Shown piece by piece: positions 1 to 7,490 of a stretch of DNA of 62,085 nucleotides; position 1 is the first letter of the stretch; each line of letters starts with the position of its first letter. This DNA comes from an uncultured Prevotellaceae bacterium (GTDB taxonomy: Bacteria > Bacteroidota > Bacteroidia > Bacteroidales > Bacteroidaceae). Both the position numbers and the translations under genes were made by a program. Under the pieces are notes generated by a model. That model was not told the DNA's origin, did no database searches, and saw nothing but the letters and a program-made list of their open reading frames with translations. The stretch is taken from contig CAMNJY010000001.1 in assembly GCA_946541745.1 (NCBI GenBank), positions 1-62,085 of the forward strand, written 5' to 3'.

Positions 1-1
1 A

Positions 2-295
2 GGGCTGCGACACTTCAAAGCGAAGGCCAAGGGCACTGAGGATGCGGAGGAACATGCCTGCACCAGGCTCAACACTGCCGTTCTCAATGCGGGAGATATA
101 CGACTTATTGGTTCCCACACGCTGAGCCAATTCCTGTTGGGTAACCTTCTCGCGCTTACGAGCATCACTGATAATCTGCCCCACGCAATAGGTATAAGCC
201 TCCTTACGGAATGCCTCGCGCTCTGGTGTTCCCACCTTTCCGTAGCGCTCGTCCATCATAGCGTCAACGCTCATTATGTCATTTCTTTCCTGCAT
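2..295 (-). CDS. XRE-family helix-turn-helix protein, HigA-like antitoxin (3' end runs off the window)
   Basis: Not in the ORF track. Manual translation: MQERNDIMSVDAMMDERYGKVGTPEREAFRKEAYTYCVGQIISDARKREKVTQQELAQRVGTNKSYISRIENGSVEPGAGMFLRILSALGLRFEVSQP. This has an HTH_3 pattern and the 'YGKVGTPER..F' N-terminus seen in Bacteroidetes HigA-like proteins. An in-frame upstream ATG lies at 331. Confidence 0.85.
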   Translation of the reverse strand, partial: MQERNDIMSVDAMMDERYGKVGTPEREAFRKEAYTYCVGQIISDARKREKVTQQELAQRVGTNKSYISRIENGSVEPGAGMFLRILSALGLRFEVSQP

Positions 296-336
296 AATCT
301 TGTACGCTGATATGGTTCTTTCTGCTTTCATGGCTG

Positions 337-344
337 CAAAATTA
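337..344 (-). promoter_or_regulatory. Bacteroidetes -7 promoter box (TAATTTTG) for the XRE gene
   Basis: Matches TAnnTTTG followed by CA, 6 nt before the ATG at 331. Confidence 0.6.
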
Positions 345-402
345 CAAAAAGTTTTCAAATCAAGCAACTTTAAAGGCTGAAAAGTGAAAAATTCCGCGAA
401 AG

Positions 403-530
403 TTATTGCCGTTTCGCGGAATATTTTAGAATTACGACCTTCCGTCCATCCACAATGTTCACTCCAGATTGTAGATTATTGCGACGAGTGCCGTTGAGGG
501 AGTAGATGGTATCTGATGTATGGTGAAACG
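403..530 (-). pseudogene. Remnant encoding a T9SS C-terminal-sorting-domain-like tail
   Basis: Frame reads TSDTIYSLNGTRRNNLQSGVNIVDGRKVVI, matching the Prevotella-type CTD pattern IY.L.G......GvnIvdGrKvv. There is no credible upstream coding region. Confidence 0.55.
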
Positions 531-626
531 GTGGTGTAGCCCGTGTATTGCATGACAACCGCCGAGGCTTGGGGTAGGATTCTCTTTTTGATGTCACTGG
601 AATGTCGTTTGTTCCTTTTGACGGTG

Positions 627-755
627 CAAAGGTACGACAGTTTTCGCTGCCCGGCAATTTTTTCGCTGAATTTTCGCTGTAGTAGTTGCGACAAACGTCC
701 CCATTTGCGACAGACAGACAAGATGGGGGTGGAAAGTGTCGCAAAAACGTCGCAA
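627..755 (-). promoter_or_regulatory. Leftward promoter (TACCTTTG at 627-634) with clustered upstream repeated motifs
   Basis: TAnnTTTG box. TTTTCGCTG occurs three times (641, 660, 671). TTGCGACA occurs at 686 and 705, with inverted (T/C)GTCGCAA at 737 and 748. Confidence 0.45.
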
Positions 756-779
756 AGTGTATGTGAAAGTCCGTGTCCC

Positions 780-1019
780 TAGCAGGTCGTTGCGCATGGC
801 GATACCGGCACGCACAGCCACGTCTACATCTTTATAGATGTCGCCCAGCAGAGTGTCGACGGCGTTGACGGTTTTCATCTTCTCCTGCAGTGCCGCCAAT
901 TGCCAGAAGTATTGTTCAGTCTGGCGCTCCACCTCGTTGTCAGAGAGCTGGAGCTGCAGGCTGGCCACCTCCTCGCCGACGCGCGCCAGCTTGTTGCCGT
1001 TGACTATCTGTCCTCCAGC
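780..1019 (-). pseudogene. Internal fragment of a TolC-family outer-membrane efflux protein
   Basis: AGGQIVNGNKLARVGEEVASLQLQLSDNEVERQTEQYFWQLAALQEKMKTV...VAVRAGIAMRNDLL resembles the OEP repeat. No start or signal peptide, and the similarity ends abruptly at both sides. Confidence 0.7.
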
Positions 1020-1032
1020 TGCGACGCGCGAC

Positions 1033-1443
1033 TCAGTCTCTCGCCGCAACAACCTCGATCTCGACCAAGGCACCTTTGGGCAGGGCCTTGACGGCTACTG
1101 CCGAACGTGCCGGATATGGCTCGGCAAAGAACTCGGCGTACACTTCGTTCATCGCGGCGAAATCATTCATGTCTGCCATATACACGGTGGTCTTGACGAC
1201 GTTGCCCATGTCGAGTCCGGCCTCACGCAGTATGGCCTGGACGTTGCTCAGCGACTGGCGCGTCTGCTCCTTGATACCGCCCTCAACGAAGGTGCCGGTA
1301 GCAGGGTCAATGGGTATCTGACCTGACGTGTAAACGAGATTCATGCCTTGCGAGCGTCCTTCGGCCGGGCGGCCCACCTGGACGGCCTGGCTATACGGGC
1401 CGATGGCAGCTGGTGCTGCACTGGTGTTGATAACTTGTTTCAT
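1033..1443 (-). CDS. ridA: RidA family reactive intermediate/imine deaminase (YjgF/YER057c/UK114)
   Basis: APAAIGPYSQA, SGQIP, VVKTTV, MNEVY, PARSAV..LPKGALVEIE motifs. A TAACTTTG box lies at 1493-1500. Confidence 0.95.
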   Translation of the reverse strand: MKQVINTSAAPAAIGPYSQAVQVGRPAEGRSQGMNLVYTSGQIPIDPATGTFVEGGIKEQTRQSLSNVQAILREAGLDMGNVVKTTVYMADMNDFAAMNEVYAEFFAEPYPARSAVAVKALPKGALVEIEVVAARD

Positions 1444-1545
1444 AATGCTTCGTTCAGTTTGTTCTTAATTCATGTTAGCCTAATCTGGGGTACAAAGTTA
1501 CGAAAAATTATTAGTAAACGACAGATTCTTGCGAAAAAAATAACT

Positions 1546-1598
1546 GACCCCGCCCCCGGCCGCTCCCTTGAAGCAGGGGAGAGGCTTGGGGCGGGGTC
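1546..1598. repeat. GC-rich hairpin downstream of OmpA; member of the REP-like family, probably also a terminator
   Basis: GACCCCGCCCC...GGGGCGGGGTC outer stem with an inner CTCCC/GGGGAG stem. The reverse complement CCCCGCCCCAAGCCTCTCCCC resembles the repeat at 43726. Confidence 0.65.
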
Positions 1599-1637
1599 TG
1601 TAGCACACTTACCTTTTTGGGTAGAAGACAGCGCGGT

Positions 1638-2714
1638 TTACTCGCCAACGACGATGACGCAGCGGTTCTTGTCGTTCTCGGCGAAGGGCTGCACGGTGTC
1701 GCCAAACGACTCCACGGTCATGCGCTCACGGGCGACACCCTTTTCCTGCAGGGCCTTGGCCACCTTCTCGGCGCGGGCCTTGGCGTAACCCACGTTGATG
1801 CGGGGGTTGCCGGTGCCGCGGTCGGCATAGCCGCGCACGCTGACCTTCTTCTGCGGGTACTTGTTACACCAGGCGGCAATCTTGTTGAGCATGGCGTCAG
1901 GCTCGGGGTCGCTGAGGCGGATGTTGTAGTAGAACACCTCGCGCAGCGGCTCGTCCTTGACCACGGGTTTCGGCTCGGGCTTCACCACGGGCTTGGGCTC
2001 CGGTTTCGGCTCCTCTACCACGGGCTCCGGCTCGGGCACGGGTGCCGGCGGAACGACCGCGGGCTTCTTCTTGCCGAACTTAAAGGTGAGGCCCAGCAGG
2101 GCGCTGAGCTGCCAGTCGGGGTTGTAGTTGCGCTTCAGGTTGAACTCGTCGTTCTTGTAGTTGGCATCCACTTCGAGGCCCAGAGCTATGCAGCGCGACA
2201 GGTTCAGGTTGAACTGCGTGCCGAAGCGTCCGTTGAAGGTGCTGTGCTTCGTGCCGCACAGCTCGGGGTTGAGCACCAGCTTCTGTGCGCTGCGCAGCGT
2301 GTTGTACTCGTCGAAGTCCCAGGCGTAGTTGACGCCGGCGCCGAGTATGAACACCCAGTCGAAGCGGTCGCTGAGACGGTTGGGGCTGAAGACGTTGGTC
2401 AGGTTCACCAGCAGGTCGAGGTCGCCGGTGATGGCGTTCAGCTTGTAGGTCTGCTCCGTCAGGGCGCCCTTGATCTGCCAGCCCTGGAAGTGGGCGCGGG
2501 CACCCACCTTCGAGTTGAAGTAGCGGCCTACGGAGAGGGCTGCCTGCGGGGTGATGAGCTTGTCGAACTTATGGTTGGTGAACGTGCCCTGAGCACCACC
2601 CTGCACGGTGATGAAGTTGTAGGGGTAGTTGTCCTCTACGGTCTGTGCCTGTGCTGCGGTGGCCACTCCCATGAGGAGTGCCACTGCAGTGAGCATATTG
2701 ATGAATCTTTTCAT
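1638..2714 (-). CDS. OmpA family outer-membrane protein
   Basis: Signal peptide, beta-barrel-like N-terminal domain, Pro-rich linker, and C-terminal OmpA domain (GYADRGTGNPRIN....ARAEKV, FGDTVQPF.ENDKNR). Confidence 0.92.
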   Translation of the reverse strand: MKRFINMLTAVALLMGVATAAQAQTVEDNYPYNFITVQGGAQGTFTNHKFDKLITPQAALSVGRYFNSKVGARAHFQGWQIKGALTEQTYKLNAITGDLDLLVNLTNVFSPNRLSDRFDWVFILGAGVNYAWDFDEYNTLRSAQKLVLNPELCGTKHSTFNGRFGTQFNLNLSRCIALGLEVDANYKNDEFNLKRNYNPDWQLSALLGLTFKFGKKKPAVVPPAPVPEPEPVVEEPKPEPKPVVKPEPKPVVKDEPLREVFYYNIRLSDPEPDAMLNKIAAWCNKYPQKKVSVRGYADRGTGNPRINVGYAKARAEKVAKALQEKGVARERMTVESFGDTVQPFAENDKNRCVIVVGE

Positions 2715-2732
2715 AGCTGTCTGTACTTTTTA

Positions 2733-4481
2733 TTACTGTTTTGTAATTACCACCTTGTTGTTGCCCTGATAGCTGATGAAGAGCTGGAACTTGTAGGTGC
2801 CGGCCTCGATGTTGAGGTTGGCGCCGTCGGGGGTCAGGTTGCCGGCGTCGCCGCCCCAGTTGATGGCCCAGTCGTGATTGGCGCGGAACTTGAATTCGCC
2901 AGCCACCTGGTCGGTGGTCACTTCCCAGCAGCCGTCGGTGGCGTTGTAGGTCATTTCCAGGTCGTCGTTCCATCCGTTGAAGCCGCCAATCATGCTGATG
3001 CTCTCAATCTTCAGCAGGCTGTAGCTCATGGCTGCGGCGTCGAGGTTCACCTGGTAGAAGCCGGCCGACGGGTCGGGGCAGTTGGGGCCGCCGCCGTCGG
3101 TGAGCGAGCCGCCGAGGGCACCGCCGCTGACATATTCCAGGTCGCCGTCCCAGTTGTCGGCATTGGGCTTGAACTTGAACTCACCGTTCAGGTAGTAGTA
3201 GCCCTGGTACTTGCCGTCGCTGTTGGCGCTGTAGAGGGCGTGGGAGGCGCCCCAGCTGCTCTCGTTGCCTATCTCGTAGTAGTAGTCAGTGAAGTTCAGC
3301 GGCTTTATCTCGTAGGTCATGGTCATCATGTTGACGCTGAACTGGTAGAACTTGGCGCTGCCGTCGACACAGAAGGAGTGCTCGCCACCGAGGTTGTAGC
3401 GGCGGTCGAAGCTGCCGCTGAGGTCCTTGCTGTCGCCCTTGGTGCCGAAGAGCTGGTTCCAGTTGCCACCAGCCACGGCCGTGATGGCATCGCCGTCGCC
3501 GAATGCAAACCACATCTCGCCGCCCGTGCTGGCGAAGGTGTAGGTGAAGACGGGGTCGTCGAAGACGCTCTTGTCGCTATGCTGGAAGGGCATTGTCCAT
3601 GCCGACTCTGCGCTCCACTCGCCGGGGCCGCCGATGAGGTAGTAGGTGTCGGCGATGTTGAGCGGCTCGATGGTGTAGGCGTAGTCCATCATGTTGAGCG
3701 TCACCTTGATGAGCTTGTTGCCGGCGGGAACGCAGAAGGAGCCTTCGTCCTTGAGGTTGTAGCGGCGGTCGAGGGTACCCGTCAGGTCGGTGTTGCCGTT
3801 GCCCTTGGTGGTGCCTAAGAGTTTCGACCAGTCGCCGGCGCCGATGGCGTCGCAGGCCTCGTCGTCGCCGACGGCAAACCACGTGTCGCCCTCAGCCGCG
3901 TTGATGATGATGGTGAAGACGGGGTCTTCGTAGACGTCGAGGCCGCTGTGCTGGAACTTCTGCGTCTTACCCGTGGCCGAGGCGGCCCAGTCCTGGGTGC
4001 CGCCCACGAGGTAGTAGTTCTGTGAAATCTGCGGGGCCTGCGGTATGGCCTTCACCTGGAACACGGCCGAGGTGGCTGTCTTGACGGTGGTGGTGCCGTT
4101 GCCGAGCCACATGCTGACGGTGGCGTCGATGGCGCGCTCCACGGGGCGGCGCCCGTAGTTGCTGATGACGTAGTCTTGCAGCGTGGCGGCCTCCATGGTG
4201 CCGTCGGCGGCGATGTCGCAGACGGTCTCGCCCAGGGTGATGGTGTATGAGGGCGTGTAGGCCGCGTCGGTGGCGGTGGGCGCGGTGATGTTGCACACCT
4301 TCACACGCTCGTCGCTCAGACTGTTGAAGTCGATAACGTCCACGGTCTGTATGCTGCCGTCGCCGAAGGTGACCTGCGTGGGCTGCGGTACGGCCTGCGG
4401 CTGTACCCAGTCCTTGTAGTCGTCGGTGCAGGCTGCTACCGAGGCTACAAAAGCTATCAATGATAATATCTTCTTAGTCAT
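2733..4481 (-). CDS. SusF/SusE-like surface glycan-binding lipoprotein (DUF5115-type)
   Basis: Lipobox VAAC, internally repeated Trp-rich modules (YYL.GG..W...FQHS..V.DDPVFT twice; EFKFRANHDWAINWGG), last gene of the susCDE run. Confidence 0.85.
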   Translation of the reverse strand: MTKKILSLIAFVASVAACTDDYKDWVQPQAVPQPTQVTFGDGSIQTVDVIDFNSLSDERVKVCNITAPTATDAAYTPSYTITLGETVCDIAADGTMEAATLQDYVISNYGRRPVERAIDATVSMWLGNGTTTVKTATSAVFQVKAIPQAPQISQNYYLVGGTQDWAASATGKTQKFQHSGLDVYEDPVFTIIINAAEGDTWFAVGDDEACDAIGAGDWSKLLGTTKGNGNTDLTGTLDRRYNLKDEGSFCVPAGNKLIKVTLNMMDYAYTIEPLNIADTYYLIGGPGEWSAESAWTMPFQHSDKSVFDDPVFTYTFASTGGEMWFAFGDGDAITAVAGGNWNQLFGTKGDSKDLSGSFDRRYNLGGEHSFCVDGSAKFYQFSVNMMTMTYEIKPLNFTDYYYEIGNESSWGASHALYSANSDGKYQGYYYLNGEFKFKPNADNWDGDLEYVSGGALGGSLTDGGGPNCPDPSAGFYQVNLDAAAMSYSLLKIESISMIGGFNGWNDDLEMTYNATDGCWEVTTDQVAGEFKFRANHDWAINWGGDAGNLTPDGANLNIEAGTYKFQLFISYQGNNKVVITKQ

Positions 4482-4502
4482 AATCGTAATCCTCCTTGTT
4501 TA

Positions 4503-5708
4503 TTATTGTTTGATGAAGCGTATATAGCCCGTGATGTCGTTGAACAGGATGAAGTAAGAGCCCGACTCGGCTATCACCAGGTTGGCACCGTTCGTTTCGC
4601 CGTAGGTGTACATGCCGTCGGCCGTGTTGACGAGCGTGCCGCCCTTGTTGAAGTCCCAGGAGCCGGCCTCCTTGATTTTCACCTCGTCGCCGGCGGCAAA
4701 CTCGTAGGTGATGTACCAGTCGTGGTTTTCCCATCCGGCTGAGCAGGGCGTCATCTCGGTGTCGCCCCAGTCGTTGAACGAGCCGCTGATGGCCATGCCG
4801 CCGTAGACGGGTGCGCTGCCTGCAAACTTGTCCACGGTGAGCGTGTGTGTGGCGGTGTTCAGCGTGACGGTGTAGAGGCCGGCCTCAGGCACGGTGATGT
4901 TGCCCGAACCGCCGTCGTTCTCGACGAAGGTGCCGAAGGCGTCGCCCTGGCCCCACTGCTCGTCCCACGAGCTGAGGGTCTTCTTCAGCTTGAAGCCGCT
5001 GCCGGCCAGATAGCCCGTCCAGGTGATTTCGCCCTGGCCGCTCTTCTTGTCGTACTCGGCGCCGCTGACGGTCTGCATGGCGATGACGCACTTACCCATT
5101 TCGCCGCCCCACGAGCCGTCGGCAATGTCGCCGCCGATGAGCCACCAGATTTCCGGGTCGGCGGGCTTCAGCTCGATGTAGTAGGGCACGGTCTTCATGC
5201 TGACCACGTTGGAGTAGATGACGCCGTACTCGCGGAAGGAGGCGTCGCGGATGGCCGACTTCACGCGGATGGCCACGTCCTGCAGGGCGGGGGTGGTAGC
5301 CTCCGTCCAGCCGCAGAGCTGCAGCAGCGAGCGGTTGACGGTCTCGGTGTTGACAACCACCTCGAGGCCGCTGCTGTAGGTCTCGTCGAGGCTGAAGTAG
5401 TCGGCCCCCGTGTTGTCCTCGGCGTTGGCGTCGAAGGCTTTGGTGAAGCTGCCCGTAGGCGACATCTCGACGGTGTAGGTAGGCACGACGGGCGTGTTGA
5501 AGTCGTTGTAGGGCGTAGGCTGCGACCAGGTGAGCGTCACGGTCTTCGACTTCTCCAGGTCAATGTTGCCGTTGACGGCGGGATTGTTGAGTACAAACTG
5601 CGTGGGCTGCGTCAGCGTGGGGTTCGACTCGTTGTCGTCCTTACACGAGGTGAGGACGGCAGCCAGTCCCATCGTCAGCAGCACTGTTGATTTGAATATA
5701 GTCTTCAT
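4503..5708 (-). CDS. SusE-domain surface lipoprotein
   Basis: Lipobox LTSC, 'NPTLTQPTQFVLNNP..LTWSQP' SusE-type N-terminus, CBM-like C-terminal modules, directly after susD. Confidence 0.85.
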   Translation of the reverse strand: MKTIFKSTVLLTMGLAAVLTSCKDDNESNPTLTQPTQFVLNNPAVNGNIDLEKSKTVTLTWSQPTPYNDFNTPVVPTYTVEMSPTGSFTKAFDANAEDNTGADYFSLDETYSSGLEVVVNTETVNRSLLQLCGWTEATTPALQDVAIRVKSAIRDASFREYGVIYSNVVSMKTVPYYIELKPADPEIWWLIGGDIADGSWGGEMGKCVIAMQTVSGAEYDKKSGQGEITWTGYLAGSGFKLKKTLSSWDEQWGQGDAFGTFVENDGGSGNITVPEAGLYTVTLNTATHTLTVDKFAGSAPVYGGMAISGSFNDWGDTEMTPCSAGWENHDWYITYEFAAGDEVKIKEAGSWDFNKGGTLVNTADGMYTYGETNGANLVIAESGSYFILFNDITGYIRFIKQ

Positions 5709-5713
5709 AATAA

Positions 5714-5748
5714 TTTTCAATTTTCAATTTTCAATTTTCAACGTTCAA
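5714..5748. repeat. Heptamer tandem repeat (TTTTCAA)4 plus CGTTCAA
   Basis: Directly visible; fills the susD-susE junction. Confidence 0.9.
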
Positions 5749-7442
5749 TAGCCTTCGTTCTGCTTCAGGTTGGGGTTGGCGTTCATGTCCTCGGCAGGTA
5801 TGGCGAAGAGGTTGCGGAAGGCAGGCAGGCTGGCGCCGTTCTGCGAGCCGCCCTTCCAGTCCCAGAGGTAGCGGCCGCTGTTCTGACCGCCGAAATAGCC
5901 GTAGCGGATGAGGTCGGTGCGCCGGAAGCCCTCGTGGTAGAGCTCGCGGGCGCGCTCGTCGAGTATCTGGTCGGTGGTGTAGCTGTTGAGCGTGGTGGCG
6001 TTGGCGCGCTGGCGCAGCTGGTTGATGTATCCCGTGCCGGTCTGCGTGGTGGTGCCGCCGTTGATGCGTGCGTCAGCCTCGGCGGCTATGAGGTAGGCCT
6101 CGGCAGAGCGCATGAGGAAGTAGTCGGTGTCGATGAACTGCGAGTTGTGGGGTGCGCCGCCGCTGGCATAGGTGTTACGGTATTTGCCCACGGAGTAGCC
6201 CGACGTGAACTCGGTCGGTGTGGTGACTGTCAGCTCGCGGCCTATGCCGAAGAAGAGTGCGCGGTCGTCGCCGGCAGCCTGATACATCTGCTGGATGTTC
6301 ACCTGGGGCGCGTCGCCGTTGGGGAAGAACTTGGCAACGAACTGCGAGCGGGCGCGGTTGCCGGCCCATAGCTCGCTGGTGGCGTAGGCGTAGCTCTTGA
6401 CGAGCACGGTGTCGACGCCGTCGCCGGGTGTGTTGTCCTTAGTGCCTGAGGGCAGCCATGTCTGTGTGCCGTTGACGGTATAGAGGCTCTGGTCCATGTC
6501 GCTCTTCCAGGTCGATGCCATGAGGAACAGTGTGGAGCACCAGGCGGTGGTTTTCACGCCGTCCTGCAGCAGTGGCAGGATGGCCTCCTGCGAGGCGCCG
6601 TTGCTGCCGTTGTCGCCCATGAAGAGCATCTGGTAGGCGCTCCAGCCGTTGGTGCCTGTGGTCCACAGCTTGTGGGGGCCGTTGATCACCTTCTCGGCAT
6701 ACTCCTTGGCCTCCTGCCAGCGGGCGGTGCCGGTGTAGACCTCAGCGTTCAGGTAGAGGCGGGCCAGCAGCAGGTTGGCAGCGTCCTGGTCGGCGCGGCC
6801 GTAGCCGTTGTCGGTGTCCTTGCGGGCTGCGGGGGCCAGCATCAGGTCCTTCACCTCGAGCAGCTCGCTCTCAATCCACTTGAACAGGTCGGCGCGCTGT
6901 ATCTGCTCGGGGCTGGTCGACATGAGGGCCGTGGCAAAGGGCACGTTGCCGAAGCAGTCCATGAGGTGATAGTAGTAGAGGGCGCGCAGGAAGCGTACCT
7001 CAGCCTCGCGGGTGGCGTCCATGCCGCCGCAGACCTCCAGGTAGTGGTTGCAGTAGGCGATGCCGGTGTAGAGGCGGTAGTAGAAGCCCTGCAGCATGGG
7101 GTGCGAGGCGTCCCACTGGTTGTAGTTGAAGGCCGGTATGCCGGGGTCGCCCCAGGCGCAGATGGCCTCGTCGGTGGTCAGTTCGTTGGCGTTCCAGAGC
7201 TGGCGCACGAAGCCGGCGGTACCGCCGTCAAGTCCGTCGATGTCGCAGTCGCCGCCCTGCCCGGTCTGGCCCTGTACGGCCATGTTGGCGTAGCACTTGG
7301 TGTAGAGTGCAGCCTCGTCGGGCACCATGGTCTTACTGGGGTCGATGGGTGTGACGTCCAGGTCCTTGGTGCAAGAGGTCAGCCCTACTGTCATCACCAC
7401 GGCTGCTGCGGGCAGTATATTCTTTATATATTGTAACTTCAT
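5745..7442 (-). CDS. susD: SusD/RagB family lipoprotein (starch SusD-like)
   Basis: Lipobox LTSC, NELTTDEA..W.D, EVRFLRALYY, LARLYLNAEVYTG, ERARELY.EG.RRTDLIRYG, NPNLKQNEGY. Confidence 0.95.
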   Translation of the reverse strand: MKLQYIKNILPAAAVVMTVGLTSCTKDLDVTPIDPSKTMVPDEAALYTKCYANMAVQGQTGQGGDCDIDGLDGGTAGFVRQLWNANELTTDEAICAWGDPGIPAFNYNQWDASHPMLQGFYYRLYTGIAYCNHYLEVCGGMDATREAEVRFLRALYYYHLMDCFGNVPFATALMSTSPEQIQRADLFKWIESELLEVKDLMLAPAARKDTDNGYGRADQDAANLLLARLYLNAEVYTGTARWQEAKEYAEKVINGPHKLWTTGTNGWSAYQMLFMGDNGSNGASQEAILPLLQDGVKTTAWCSTLFLMASTWKSDMDQSLYTVNGTQTWLPSGTKDNTPGDGVDTVLVKSYAYATSELWAGNRARSQFVAKFFPNGDAPQVNIQQMYQAAGDDRALFFGIGRELTVTTPTEFTSGYSVGKYRNTYASGGAPHNSQFIDTDYFLMRSAEAYLIAAEADARINGGTTTQTGTGYINQLRQRANATTLNSYTTDQILDERARELYHEGFRRTDLIRYGYFGGQNSGRYLWDWKGGSQNGASLPAFRNLFAIPAEDMNANPNLKQNEGY

Positions 7443-7457
7443 AATCTTAATCTATAT

Positions 7458-7487
7458 AATGTTCAACGTTCAATGTTCAATGTTCAA
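7458..7487. repeat. Heptamer tandem repeat (AATGTTC)~4
   Basis: Directly visible in the susC-susD spacer. Confidence 0.9.
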
Positions 7488-7490
7488 AAA

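Noticed and set aside
594..1073. 159-aa ORF as an intact gene
   Set aside because: It overlaps the ridA 3' end, and only the middle ~80 codons are TolC-like; treated as a fragment.
1617..3818. 733-aa + strand ORF, and other long antisense ORFs (33116-35710, 35897-37213, 45619-46959, 53463-55142, 55057-56721)
   Set aside because: They lie opposite well-supported genes and have V/G/L/H-rich, motif-free translations, as expected for antisense shadows of high-GC3 coding sequence.
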